Assembly: GCA_043228905.1 (NCBI GenBank)
Contig: JBHGNT010000006.1
Location: 14,136,001 to 14,200,000 of the forward strand
From: Azolla caroliniana
Lineage: Eukaryota; Plantae; Polypodiophyta
Length of the DNA: 64,000 nucleotides
Direction of reading: 5' to 3'
In this document: piece by piece, positions 25,250 through 39,149 of the stretch
How positions within the stretch are numbered: the first letter of the stretch is position 1
How the letters are laid out: every line of letters begins with the position of its first letter
Program-made: the position numbers and the translations under genes
The notes under the pieces: generated by a model
Told to the model about the DNA's origin: nothing
Database searches by the model: none
The model's input: only the letters and a program-made list of their open reading frames with translations

Positions 25250-28200
25250 AGATAGAATTAGAATTAGAATTTTTTATCATCCATAAAGAGGCCAATAGAG
25301 AGAGCGAGAGACGGAGATTCTATTATCATCTTCGGAGGTAAAATATGACCTATTAGACCAAAAATATTATATTTCATGTGATACATGTGAAAGTGAGTAG
25401 CGATTCTCAATGTTCAAGAACTTTATGAATGAATGTTACTATTAAGAATGCACATTGTGCTTGTAAATTCGTGTAAGGATTGGGGTCGGTCGAAGATGTG
25501 TGGAAAGCATGGTTGAATATGATCGAAGGTAGAGCATTGTATCAAAGTGTGATACTTATACTCTTGAACTTGTTTACGACAAAGCATGCATAGTCAACAA
25601 CTCTCATCACTTGTGCCCTAATGCCTTGTCTCACATCGTAATGCATGTGAGCTAAGTCCCATGGAAGCAATGGTTCGAATAACAGATCATGGGATCGGCT
25701 CTAACATGTATCGATGTGTACGGTTTTCTCATTTCGTGAAGAATATGGTTTTGTAGTTAGGTGCAACATGCGTAGTATAATGTGTGAAGTGTGAGCCTCC
25801 ACATTTGATCCATGTCATGATACATTGGCGTTATAAAAGGGTCTCATTTATAGAGGAATTTAGTGATGCATCATGAAACAAACCATCCTAACTACCAAAA
25901 CAATTTTCTATATCTTGCATCCAACGGGAACACAAATTTTTGCTTTTATGTGTCTTTTAGATCTTTTTGCTTGCTTCCCATGCAATTCTAGGAAGTCGAG
26001 GTGAGGAACATTTTTGAACCTGAAGCATGTATTCAACAACCCTTTACATGGCCATGATCTTAATAGGAAGTGATCCCGTCTCAAGGAGGAGAGTGTAGGG
26101 CATTTGTTTCTTAACTTGTAGAAACTTTGTAAGAAAATGTTTTTTGACATTTTCAAACTCTTTCCACCTAGGTTTTGGGATGTTACCGCCCTATACTTCC
26201 ACTCCATACAAAAACACCAATGTCACCAAAGCATCGAAAAGGTATTTCTTTAGGACCCAACACTTATATCTCCATGATTGCATGTGTTCTCAAATGCATA
26301 ATATGCTCCCTTACCCACCTCTAAACAGTACGTAGCACATTCATTCCATCTATGATTTGATGAAACTTCAAGGCTAAGATATTTGAAGCTTTCCACACAT
26401 TCAAGTGGCTCATTATTGTACATAATGCATGGTTTATCTCTTTTTTGCCTCTTCACAAGCATAATCTTTGTTTTAGAGCTATTGGCACTTAATTTAGTAT
26501 GCATGCAATTTTTTTGCAATGCCTTCATAAGCTTTTGTGCATCTCTTAAAATATTTGCAAAAATCACTACATCATCTGCATATAGCCAAAGCATAATGAC
26601 AACATTCCAATGGAAAATTCTTCAACACATTCTTCCTTTACAAATTTGGCAACCATTTCTTCCAATTTATCAATGCATAAACCAAATAGTGCATCCTTGC
26701 TTAACACCAATAGTGCTATTGCAAAAATCTAAAAATCTATCGTTCATACGCACACAACATATAACCTTCTCATATATTTGGGAAATTGTAAGCACATTTT
26801 CACTTGGCATCTCGAGTTCTTCTATTCGCCTCCAAAGATGTTTATGAGGCGCCATATCAAAAGCTTTCTTGAAGTCTACAAAGCAATAATATAAACATTT
26901 ACCTCTAAGACGACTTTCCTCCATTAATACTCAAAGGGTGACAAGGTGATCAATGGTGCTATGGTGTTTTCAAAAGCCAACTTGTCCGTAACCTCCCTTA
27001 CCTTTTTTTCAGGCCATGAACTGATCTTTGATTCCATTATACATCCAAATAGTTTTAAATTTACATTAACAAGCCAACCATGATGGTTCGATAGTTGTTT
27101 ACATTATTTACATCTCCACCTTTATGTAAAGGTTTGATCCAATTTGTAGGGCAATCATACAACATACCATGTTGCAATGGATCATTAAACATATCGCTTA
27201 TCCATACATGTGCGTCCTTTCTCGTCCATTTGAGCATTTCAACCTTTATACATTGAAGATTGCTTGGCCTTTGAGAGGTCAATTTTGTAAGTCCTATGCA
27301 TATATCTTCAATTGCAAAGAAGGGAGACATATGTGAAAGAGATCCATAACACATCATCTTTCTGGCAAGATATAGCTCATATAATTCTTAGAATGCATAG
27401 ACAAGCCATGAAGAGTTAATTGTGCATAACTCTCAACACGTTTCCCTCTTAGGTTTCCCCAGAATTTAGCACATGCATGTGCTTTCTCTTGCGTTTCGAG
27501 AAATTGTTCCGTAACTTTCAATATTTATCTCTTTATATGAATAAGCCTTTTGTATATATGCAAATGCTTTTGGTAATTTTCTTTATCCGTAACTACATCC
27601 AAAATCATAAGGCGCTTTTGAGCATCACGACATTCTTTATCAAACCATTTATTTGTGCATGAGAGAATGACTTTCTTAAAATCTTCCCATTTGCATTCTA
27701 GTGTGGCACCATGTTGTATCTTTGTCATTTGTAACATATTCTCAACCATCTTGGAATACACGGGTGCTCGCTTAAGGTTCATGCTCAGGTGCAGTTGTTT
27801 ATTATCTTCAATGGACTTCTCACAATCAAACCATTAAATACATTTGAGGTCAATACATAAAGCCCTATGATTGGATTCTAGTGTCCATTCACCAAATGAG
27901 AATTTATGTACACGATCCAAAATACCTTCAGAAAGTAGCACATATCAATCACACTATTTTCGTTGTGTTTTCTACATGTAAAACCATTAGTGTTAGGGCA
28001 TAAGGAAACACCATTTGCAATAAGGAATCCGGTACTATTGCACATTTGTAGGAGTAACTTCCCAAATTGGTTTGGATCTTTTTCATAACTAGAAGAGTGG
28101 CTATACATTTGTATATACTCTTGCATATTGAGATACGTGGCATGAAAAATTCTTGTGCATCAAGTTGGAAACTTCTTGTACGAGCATTCATGTCACCAAA

Positions 28201-29250
28201 GACAACTTCCCCTTTGGATTTGAAATAAACACTATCATCTTCTAGATTGGTAAAATGTTGATCTTTATCCAAACAAGCATAAGAGTTAGAATCTTAATGA
28301 GGAATGCAACATCGAACTACAAAAGTGGGCAAATCATTAGGTGTTTCTATTTTGAGCCATATGTAGCATTTATGTTCATCATTTTTATGATCCACACATA
28401 TTTTCTTTATTTCCTTTTTAATCAACCATGCCACCCCATCTTGTCCTCTTATTTTATTTTGATTTTTCTCCCATATCAAAGAGTGTACATTATAGTTTCT
28501 TAAACCTTGAATCCTTTGAGTATCATGCTCCCATGTTTCAACAAGAAGTGTGATATCCAAGTCATCGGTGAACTCGTCTATTCCAAATCCCGCATTCCAT
28601 GGGTATCTATTGCAATTCCAAAAGCATAGTCGTAGAGAACATGGGTTAGTCTCATAAGTCATGTGTCCCTATTTGCCTACATTTCCGTCTTTAGGCACAC
28701 CCTTAACCTTATTTTCCAATTCTTCTTCATATTCTTTACAATGGGCATTTTGTTGTGAGAGCGTATGATCTTCACTCACAAAGCATTGTGTACCTTTGAG
28801 GTATACCCATCTATTTTTGATTATGGTCCTCCGCTTTGTATCATCCGTCATTGTGCATACAATAGACCTTTCTCCAAATTGAATAACACCATGTTTCCCA
28901 ACTCGTTGTGCCCCATATACATTCACATCCAACATACTATAATGAATTCTAAAGAATTCACCGATGGCCTTTCCAAGGGATGCGGGTGCTTCCATACTCT
29001 CCTCTTTAATCCCATGGATGACAATGTTCTTTGATCGTCGTTCACATTATTTCAATTCTTGCCTTTCTATATTCTTCTCTTGATTCATCACATAATACTA
29101 GGTCATTTGAAACAGGTAATATGTTGCAATTTAAGAACAATCCGTCCAAAAAAGGCACAAAGTAGGTCATTTCACAAAAAGGACCATCACATGCGTAACG
29201 AGTTTTGGAAATTGAATCAAAATATATTGATTTATACCACGCCCCTAATA
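25250..29250 (-). mobile_element. Near full-length degenerate LINE (ORF1 + APE endonuclease + RT + zinc finger; RTE-X/L2-like); boundaries approximate
   Basis: ORF1-like ERRSKNIVIHGIKE...YLKGTQCFVSEDHT; APE CFWNCN...LLVETW...FGDMNART...GKLLL; RT NNYRTIMV, CFVDFKKAFD, GVKQGC, LYADDVVI, FKYL; C-terminal SSHALRCE...CMLC...H...C; short (ATTCTA)n-like tail near 25252-25272. Confidence 0.85.
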
Positions 29251-29329
29251 ATCGACACGTGAAATTGATAAGAGAACGTACAAAAATTACAAAATGACTA
29301 ACATGTATATTTATACATATTTGTGAATC

Positions 29330-29631
29330 ACCATATTGATGTAACATACATTTCATATATGAGATCCATCACTTTCCAGAGATATGCCTTCCCCTTCAGA
29401 CCCACCCGATGAACTAGAAGAGCTTTGTGAGGTCTCATCCCCATCATCACTAGCAACCAATGCATTATCTTCATCCAATTGCAATCCAACATCACCATGA
29501 TTATGAGACATACTCCTTGTTCATCTCTGTGTTGTGTCAACAGGCACACATAGATCTTCTCTTTTATTATCTTAATTGTAGTTTGTCTTAAATGGCCTGT
29601 TTTGGTCAAGGAGAAGTCATACATGAGTATG
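29330..29631 (-). pseudogene. 3' fragment of Sola1-like transposase (copy 2)
   Basis: ILMYDFSLTKTGHLRQTTIKIIKEKI matches IIMYDFTLTKAGRLRKSTIDIIKEKL of the 48142..48822 ORF. Confidence 0.8.
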
Positions 29632-30119
29632 TGTTACTGGTTAGGAACACGATCTGCAGTCAGTCCTTCGACCTAGACCTCCAAGTGATTGTGGAACAAC
29701 GAATGGTGGCGTCTATGCGTAATGCGTAGGGGAATGTTTCCCATAACCAAGCAACGTATAAAGGAGATGGCTACAACCGACTCCTTATCAGTGGTTACAC
29801 ACTCACGTTCTTACACTCTCAGATATTAAAGACACACAACAGATTAGCCGTAGCTATACACAGATTTTCAGAGAAGATAGAATTCTATTATGATACGCTT
29901 CTTTACATTCCAAAATTACACGCTCCCTTTATCAAAGGTTTTCTGCCCTTTATATACGCAGGGTCATTTTAGTCGTTCACGCTTCTTGCGTGAACCGTTA
30001 CATGTGTTATGATCTTATATTATTTCTTATTCCTATGCTCTTGTTCGTCGGTTACTATTCCGACGGACAACACCTGGCACGCCTATGGGACAGTGCCCTG
30101 GCACGTCGGACCCATCCCG

Positions 30120-32995
30120 TTAATCTTCTTCCAAAATGGCCCGGATGTTTGGCTCTGCTACGGTGTCCACGTCCGGAGGTGACGTAGGGCCCGTAGGTGC
30201 ATCGTGGTGTGGTTCCCCTATTTGGTCGGGATGGCTTCTCCTGGTGTCGTGGTCGTCCTGTGTGGGCGGTCCGGGTACGATGGGCTCTTCTTGAGCTAGT
30301 GGGTTGGGCTCAGCCATCGTCGTGCTTGTGGTCGGCCGCGACTCTGTCTCAATCGTCACTTCCTCCGTGGTGTCGGCCGTCGTTGTACACTCCAGGGAGT
30401 GGGGTTGCGATTCCGCCTGGCCGGCAACGTTCTCCGTGTGGTCCGCCGATAGCGTGGGCTCCTGCGGATGGGGCTCCTCTTGGGCAACGGTTTCGCTGTC
30501 TAGTACTGTGGGGGACTCCGCTTGTTGTTCTGCGCTGTTCACCGTCGTTGTAATTTCTGGTGATCTAGCCTGAGGTTCCTCTTCTTCGGCTGTGCCCGGA
30601 ATTGGCATCGCGATGGGTTCCTCATTTGTTCGCGTGCTGCCGGCTTGTGTGATCTGGTGAAATAGCTCCTCCTGGCTTTCACCAAAATCATCTAAGAGTT
30701 GCACTAGTTCTTCGGAATGTTGGTCCGCTAGCGCACGATAGTCTTGCGCTAGGTCCTCGCGTACGGCCACAATGCTCTCCTCATTTAGTTTATAGAACCC
30801 TCGTCCGTCTTTTCGCCTGTTCTCCCAGTCCGCACGATACACATGCAATTCCGTTGCTTGGTTTGCCCACGCCATCCATCCTTTGTCTAGCGCCGTTTTC
30901 AATTGCGCTGTGAACCTCTCCCGATTTGTTTGTAGAAGGATACACACGTTGTCTGTGATAGCCTGGCAACGGTTGCGTGCGTCCTCCACCGACTTCTTGA
31001 GGTTTGCAATTTCTTGCTGACTAACCGCCGCCGCTTCTTCGTACGTGGTCTTCAGGCCTGCCCATAGCTGGGATTCCTTTGCATGGTGTTCTTCTAATTT
31101 CCCCATTTCATTGTTTAGGCGGATTTCGAGCTGATGCCTTCTTTCCTGTTCGACCACCAGCTGCTTGTCGAACCATACCTTCTTTTTCTCCAATAAGGTC
31201 AGGAGTCCCGCGATTGCCGCCTCCGATTTCTTCGCTTCATCCCAATGTCGTAGTGTATTCCACACACTACGTGAAAACCATAAAATAATATATCCGATTT
31301 TAGATACATATAAATAAATAAATAATATATCAAAAGAATTTATCACGTGCATAGGGCAGGATTTGAACCATGCACCTCCACGTAGATAAACCCCAACTTT
31401 ACCATTGTAATAATTTATCTTTAGTGTTATAAATATAGATTTAATATGTATAAGACCTTTATTTACACATACCTTTATTAAAAGGTAAAAATCATGTATT
31501 CTTTAGAGTGTGAATATTTTATTTACACGTGACATTAAAAGTTACTCATGCACATCTAGCGTGCATGAGCCCTATATTTAGGAAATGACAAAGCATCACA
31601 TGCACATTTAGTGTGCATGGGCACTTTAGGTGAAAAAGCATGAAGCCATGCTTAGCCTCTTCCATCTTTATATAAGGAGGAGAAAAATATGTATATGGTT
31701 GTTGATTAATATACAAGTTTTTGATCAATCTAATATATTCGTGGGATTCACGAATTTTGCCATCTAATTGCTCTTATAATCTAAATATTGTTTTAATTAC
31801 ACTAAACTCGTGAGATTCACGAGATTGCTATCTTACTTCTCTTTCCACTATTCATAACTAGCCTTAAGTTGTATTCCTCTTTCTCCTAGTCAAAAACCTT
31901 GGCGGTTCCCACCCGACTCACGCAACGATCCGGAGCCGAAGGGCACGACACTGTAATTGGGCGTTTTCGTCTTTTGTCCGGATGTGTTGTGCTACCTCCG
32001 CAACGAGTTTCTCTTCAAGGGTTTTTATTGCCTTCCAGTTGTTAGCCCGGATCTCCTTTTCCCTGTTTGAGGATTGGCGCAGTTCAGCTCGAAAGCAGTC
32101 AATTTCTGATTCCGCTAGTTGCACGACCCTTTTCGCTTTTGAGGCGATGGCGGTCTGAGCCTCAATTTCTTCCTTCAAAGCGTCGATGGCGTGGTTTGGT
32201 GGCGGAGTTGGCTGTTGCGCCGTAGTCGCGTTAGATTCCAACTCCACGATGCATTTGTTGGCTTTTTGCAGCTCGGCTTGGGTCATTTTCACCTTCTTCC
32301 AGACATTCTTTTTTTTAATGGCCATCTCCTTGGCGCCCGTGCTGACCTTTGCCAGTTCCCTATGGACTTCGACTAGGGCTGTGTTTAATGGGGGTAGCTC
32401 CATCCCCACTCGGCGTACACCGGCGTTCCTTTGTCTGCCGACCTTGGCTAGCCGGTTCTCATCGTCGCTATCCGCCGTTTGTGTTAGGGCGTGCTCGATC
32501 ATTTGGCGCTCCGCGTGCTCCTCGGCCATTCATTGTGAGGCCTTTATCTGTTGCGTTGCCAGGAATTCCATGAGCTCAAAAGAGGTTCTGAACTGTAAGA
32601 GGGCGCTGAACTCATGGGTCGTGTCCAGGATATCTGGATATGCCAAAACCTCGCTTTCCGCCGTCAATACGACTTTCCCTCATTGTGACTGGGTCGTAAT
32701 AATCGGTTGTGGCTCCCGGATGATTTCGAAGGTGGTATTGGGCTCCGTAGCTGCGGAGCCATTGCCTACGATCGTTGTCTCTACCGTCGTGGGGACGCCC
32801 TTGACCAATCCCCGCCCATCTTTCCTGTCCAATCTCCGCCGTTTCGGTCTGGGGCTATCCTGCCGTGTTTCAACGTCTGGCTCTGGGGCTGCTTCCGCGG
32901 AGTGTGCCGACTGTTCTTCCCGTGTTGTCCGTGTGTCTGGTTGGGTGGGTTGTAGTGTTGCTATCTTCCCTCTTTTTTTTTTTTTTTTTCCGTAA
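30120..32995 (-). pseudogene. Extra coiled-coil-rich ORF downstream of gypsy integrase, split by a solo LTR
   Basis: Long helical E/K/A/Q-rich frames 31951-32995 and 30120-31245 in the same sense as pol; basic PKRRRL motif; P/T/E-rich tail. Confidence 0.65.
31246..31950 (+). repeat. Solo LTR (705 bp) of the family at 58297..59018
   Basis: TGTCGT...ACGACA inverted termini; colinear with 58297-59018; no matching TSD. Confidence 0.85.
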
Positions 32996-34400
32996 TGGTT
33001 ACATATAGCCTATTTTTTACATTATGATACAAGTGGGGCCGTCCACTTACGCCGCGGGTTCTCCGTCTTTGTCCTATTCGGCGGTGAATGGGTTAGGTGG
33101 CGTAGGGCCCAGGTAAGGTTTAAGGCGAAACCCATTCACCTTTTGCCATAATACTTCTCCGGCCAACGTACCTAGTTGGAACGTGCCTTGTTCCGCTCCA
33201 ATTATCCAGTACGGGCCTATCCAATGGAATCGTAACTTCCCTGGCATATGGCCCATGCGGGTTTGGAAAACCAGCACCACTCGACCGATGGCAAAATCCT
33301 TTTCCCTTGCGTTCTGATGTTGATCCACAAACGCTTTATGCCGTCGCTATTCCTGCTCCAACACAGCCATGTTGTGTACTCGTTTTTCTCCGAGTTCAAG
33401 TAGCTGGTGGAGCCGTACCTCCTCCGACTTGGCTTCCGATAGTCAATCCCGTACCTGAATCCGCAAACTGGGTATCTGAAATTCTACCGGCATCACAACC
33501 TCCAGCCCAAACGCTAGTCGAAACGGTATTGATTATATGCTTCTTTTGTAGCTGGTTCTGTATGCCCATAACGCACTCAGTAATTTGGTATCCCAATCCA
33601 TTCTATTTTCATTGACGTTTTTCTTCAAGATGGTTTGCAACGTCTTGTTGGTGGATTCTGCTAACCCATTCGCCAATGGATAATATGGCGTACTCTTCTT
33701 GTGGACTATGGCATAATGATGTGTTAGTTCCCGAACCACCGTATTGAGAAAGTGGCTTCCCTGGTCACTGATTAACTCAATCGGACAACCGAACCGGCAC
33801 CAGATGTGCTCGTAAAGGAATCTCGCTGTGACGGCCGATGTATTTTCTCGTAGTGCCTTTGCTTATACCCACTTGGTGCAATAATCCATGGCTACCAATA
33901 TGTATTTATTGCCCATACGGGCTGCCGCCGGTGTCAAGGGGCCCACAAAATCCAATCCCCACTTTCGGAAGGGGTCTAATGGTAATACGGGTTGGTGTGG
34001 CATCCTTGCGCCCTCCGTGGGCTGGCCCATCCGTTGACACAAATCACACTTTCTACAATACTCGGATGTGTCCTTCGGCGTTGTCGGCCACCATAAGCCC
34101 GCCTGCCATATTTTCTGGGCTGTAACATCGCCCGCGTAATGGCCGCTTGCCGTGCTGCAATGCGCCTCCCGTAAAACTGCCTCTTTCTCATCTTGACATA
34201 CCCCACGTCGCCAAATGCCGTCACTTCCTTTGTGATGTAAAATTCCTTCTACGAGGCAGAAGTTACGGCTTCGGACGGCTAATCGTTTTTTCTCGTTCGT
34301 GCGTAATTGTGGTGGAGGCAGTCCTGTAGTAAAAAAGTATGTCATTTCCATAAGCCACCGGTCCGGAAAGGTTGATTCTGTTCTTTCTGCCAGTGTTGCT

Positions 34401-35034
34401 TGTTAGAAATTGACGCTTTCAAAACCTTCACCTCTCGGCCACAACCGAGGAAACACGAATCAATGCAGCAGTAAATCGAAAACACAGAGAGAGACTCGAA
34501 TGCACAGGGTTTAGTGTGGAAAACCCTAGACGGGAAAAACCACGGGAGTGCAAGATTCCAACTATCACTATACGCAGGGATTGTACAATGGCGAGCTGCA
34601 AGGCGATGACCTTGAGCTCGCTGTCCTCGCCACAGGCGGCGGTATTACACAGAGGCGTCGACCTCTTCCTTTCTCTCTCTCTCACTCTCTCTCTCGGCTG
34701 CTCTCACTTCGCTCCCTCTAAGTGGAAAACAGAAAAATGAGCAACAACAACAAAACTGTTTGCCCTAAATCATATTTATACACATATGACTTTCGGGCTA
34801 TTTACAAATATAGCCTCGAGGGCCTTTGGCAAACATATTCACAAATATGTCCCCGCATCCGGATCTCTCTCCGGGTACATTCGTCATCCGGCTCCGTAGC
34901 CGGGGTCTTCATCATCCGGATCCGAAACCGGGTCTTCATCATCCGGTTCCGATACCGGGTACTCCTCATTCGGGTCTTCATTCCCGATTCCCGGACATCT
35001 GACCATCCCATCCGGAGGGACCATAATCCCAACA
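34401..35034 (-). repeat. 3' LTR of the young copia
   Basis: TG...CA termini; 628/634 identical to 39150-39783. Confidence 0.97.
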
Positions 35035-35044
35035 AACTCCCCCT

Positions 35045-38000
35045 TCACTTCGGCATGGGATGTCTTTCCAGTCCGACCCTCTTCCGGCACGCTTCCAGCT
35101 TGTCGGGTGTGAGCACTTTGGTCAGCATATCTGACCCGTTCTCGTCCGTGTGGATCTTCGTCAGCACGAACTCCTGGTCTTCTATCCTTTCCCGGATCCA
35201 GTGATATCTTCGCTGGATGTGCTTCGTCCGGGAGTGATAGGCCGCGTTCTTCGCAAGGTGGATGGCACTCTGACTGTCGCAGTAGAGTCGGTACTCCTCC
35301 TGCCGGATACCGAGCTCTCTAATGAAGTCCTTCATCCATATTATTTCCTTGCCGGCTTCAACAGCCGCCATTGACTCCGCCTCCGTGGTTGACAACGCAA
35401 CCGTCTTCTGCAGCCTCGACTGCCACGAAACAGCTCCCCCTGCATACGTCATCACATACCCTGATGTGGACCGGCTAGTATCTGCATCAGCCGACATATC
35501 CGAATCGGTAAAGCCGTCGAGTTCAGGCTTACCGGAGCCGAATCGGAGGCACACGTTTGCCGTGCCCTTCAGGTATCGGAGTATCCACTTGGCCGCGTTC
35601 CAGTGCTCTTTGCCGGGATTGCTCATGTACCGGCTCACCACTCCGACTGCATATCCTATGTCCGGTCTTGTACACACCATTGCGTACATCAAGCTTCCGA
35701 CGGCAGAGGCATATGGTACTTTCATCATGTCCTCCTTCTCAGCCTTTGTCTTGGGGCTTTGCTTGCTGGACAACTTGCATTTTGCCGGGAGGGTTGACCC
35801 GACCGGTCTTGCTTCCGACATGTTGAACTGGTGAAGCACCTTTGTCACGTACTTCTCCTGTGACAGCCACAACTGCTTCTTCTTCCGGTCCCGGATGATG
35901 TGCATCCCTAGTATTTGCCTCGCCAGACCCAGGTCCTTCATTGAGAAGGTTCGGTGAAGCGCTTTCTTCAGCATCCGTATCTTGACCTGGTCCCGTCCGA
36001 CGATCAACATGTCGTCCACGTATAGGAGGAGTATTAGAAAGTCTCCTCCTTCGAACTTCTTCACAAACACGCAGTGATCGGACTACGTTTTGTGGTACCC
36101 TTCGTCGGTCATGAAAGAGTCGAACTTCCGGTACCATTGCCGGGGAGCCTGCTTCAGTCCGTAAAGGCTCTTCTTCAACCGGCATACCAGGTGCTCCTTC
36201 CCTTTCTTCTCGAATCCTTCCGGTTGCTGCATGTAGATCTCTTCTTCGAGGTCACCGTGAAGGAATGCCGTCTTCACGTCCATCTGTTCTACCTCGAGGT
36301 CCATGCTTGCCGCTATGCTCAGCACTGTCCGGATGGAGGTCATCTTCACTACCGGGGCAAATATCTCGTCGAAGTCGACGCCCTTCTTCTGCTGGAACCC
36401 CTTCACCACGATCCTGGCTTTGTATCTCGGGGGGTTTCCGGCATCTCCCGGTTTCAGCTTGAACACCCACTTGTTTCGAAGTGCCCGCTTTCCTTTCGGC
36501 AACTCCACAAGTTCATATGTGTGGTTCTCATGCAGGGAATCCATCTCCTCCTGCATGGCACTTAACCACCTGCGGCTATGGGTGTCAAGCTTTGTTTCTT
36601 CAAAACTCTCCGGCTCCCCCTCGTCGGTTAGCAGCACGTGCTCTGGTTCCGGAAATCTCCGGGGGGCCCTTCTCTCTCTTAGAGGATATCTCCGTTCCGG
36701 AGCTTCGGTAACCGGCTCCTCCGTTTCCTCTTCATCCGAATCCATTTCGGGATCGGGGCCAGTTCCGGTATCAGTTTCATCTTCCTCGGCCGGTTCTGTT
36801 TCTTCACCGTCTTCGGCCGGATCCTCGAGTGCTAACCGGTCCCTTGCCGGTCGGGACTGCTCCTCGTAGAGTTGACCCTCATCGGTCGACTTGGAGCTCT
36901 TCATCTTCTTCTCCGACTCCCAGTCGGTGAGTGTCTTGTCCTCCATGAAGATGATATCACGACTCCGGAATATCTTCTTGTCGACCGGGTCCCATACTCG
37001 GTAGCCGAACTCATCATCGCCGTAACCGAGGAATATGCATGGCCGGGTCTTTGGATCTAGCTTTCCTCTCCGGTCCTTTGCCACATGCACATATGCGAGA
37101 CACCCGAACACCTTCAGATGCCGGTAGGATACTTCCCTACCGGTCCACACTCTCTGCGGCGTGTCTCCGTCCAAAGGTACTGAGGGTGATCTGTTTATCA
37201 CGTATGTCGCCGTCGACATTGCCTCAGCCCAAAACCCCTTGGGTAATTTCGCATGCGCCAGCATACTCCGGACCCTCTCCATTATGGTCCGGTTCATCCT
37301 CTCGGCCAGCCCGTTCAGTTTCGGCGTCTTCGGCACAGTAAACTCGAGCCGGATTCCCTTCGAGCGACAGTACTCCTCGAACTGCCCCCGGTATTCCCCT
37401 CCGTTATCCGCTCGTATCGCTTTCAGCTTCTTGCCGGATTCCCTTTCCACTCTCGCGTGGAGTTCTTTGAAGACGCACAACACTTGGTCCTTTGTCTTCA
37501 ACGGTGCCGTCCACAGCTTCCGGCTGTGGTCATCAATGAATGTCACGAAGTACTGGGCTCCGCCATGTGACTTCGTTTCTACTTGACACACGTCAGTGTG
37601 CACCAACTCCAATGGTGCGCTACGTCTCGTCGGTGGCCTTGAGTGGAAGGAGGTTCGGTTCTGCTTACCGGCCAGGCAATCGGTGCACTTCTCCAGGTGC
37701 ACATGCTTCACTGGAATAAGGTTGTCTTCTGCAAGCCTCTTCATCCCCTTCTCACTCATGTGGCACAGTCTCTTGTGCCACAGCTCACCGGCAGTGTCGG
37801 CTGCCACGTTCAACTCCTCCGGACACAACCAGGCATTCATAAGGTACAGTGTGTTGACTTTCCGGGCCCGAGCCACTATCAGGCTCCCCTTGCTGAACTT
37901 CATTACGCAGTTCCGGATGCTACCTGTGTAGCCTTCATCGTCTAGCCTCCCGGCCGAAATCAGGTTCAATCGAACCTCCGGAACGTGTCGGACATCCTTC

Positions 38001-39118
38001 AGCAACATTTTGCATCCGGTCGAGGTTGTCAACCACACGTCTCCTATGCCGGCAATCCGGCACGTACCTTCATTTCCCATCCGAACACAGCCATGCTCAC
38101 CGGCTGTGTAGGATGAGAAGTATCTTCTTTCCGGGGTCAGGTGGAACGACGCTCCGGAATCGACCACCCAGGTAGTCTCATCGCCGGCAATGTTTAGTTC
38201 ACCTTCTTCGGTGATGAGCATGATCTCCTCTTCACTTGCCGCGAGTGCCGTCGTTCCTTTCCGGTCCTGCCCTCGCCGATCTGAACCATTCCGGTCCGTG
38301 GCTCCCCGGTAAGCACCGTTCCGTTCCGAAGACTTCTTCGAATCGGTGTCGTCGGCTCCGTTGTCTTTTCGGTAATGCCGACAATTCTTTCGGAAGTGCC
38401 CCGGCTTCCCACAGTGGAAGCATGTGGGCCTTCCTCTTGACTGCGACCGGGTCCCCGACTTCTCCCGTCTTTGCGGACTCCGGTTCCGTTGTCTTCCCCG
38501 ATCCGATTCGGTAAGCAGCATCTTCGGATCGGAGGCCGGTTCTTTATCTCTCCGACGCGCTTCTTCGTTCAAAATGCTTGTCTTTACCGTTTGTAGGGAC
38601 AAGTTATCTTCGGTGCAGGAGGTGCTGAGAGTCACCACCAAGTTCTCCCAGCTTTCCGGCAATGTACACATCAGCATGATGGCTTGCATTGCATCCTCCA
38701 ACGGGAACTTGATCGCCGCAAGCTGGTTCACGAATCCCATGAACGTGCTTACGTGTTCCACCATACTCTCGCCGTCCCGGTACTTGAGGTTCACTATCTT
38801 CCTCATCAGGGAGGTCCGGTTCAACGCATTCTTCCTCTCGTAGAGGCCCGCCAGCTTCTGCCACATCTCATATGCGTTGGTGTCGTTCGCCACATGTTGT
38901 AGAATGCTCACGTCGACGTATTGCCGAATGGTTGCAACGGCTTTCCGGTTCAGAAGCCTCCATTCCGTCTCAAGTACCCCCTTGGGTATTTCCGACCTGT
39001 CGATCGGTTCATACAGGTCCCGAACAATGAGCAGATCCTCCATCTTTATCTTCCAGTCGGCGTAGTTCTGCGCATTCAGCACCATCATCCCCGGCTGCCC
39101 GCTGCTGCCGCCTTCCAT
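35045..39118 (-). pseudogene. Copia gag-pol polyprotein with a single in-frame stop
   Basis: ATG at 39118; CFHCGKPGHFRKNC, WVVDSGAS, LWHKRLCHMSEKG, IRADNGGEY, QMDVKTAFLHG, LYVDDM, RTKHIQRRYH. One TAG at 36083-36085 (probably CAG to TAG) joins ORFs 36083..39127 and 35045..36070 in frame. Confidence 0.95.
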
Positions 39119-39149
39119 TTTCTGCACTGCAGTCGCTCTGATACCAGAT

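Noticed and set aside
31349-31412. Functional tRNA gene
   Set aside because: A/B-box-like motifs are present, but I could not build a convincing cloverleaf or anticodon arm; reported only as a tRNA-like LTR segment.
36083-36085. Programmed stop-codon readthrough in the copia polyprotein
   Set aside because: The stop lies inside RT, not at a gag/pol border, and is most simply a CAG-to-TAG mutation.
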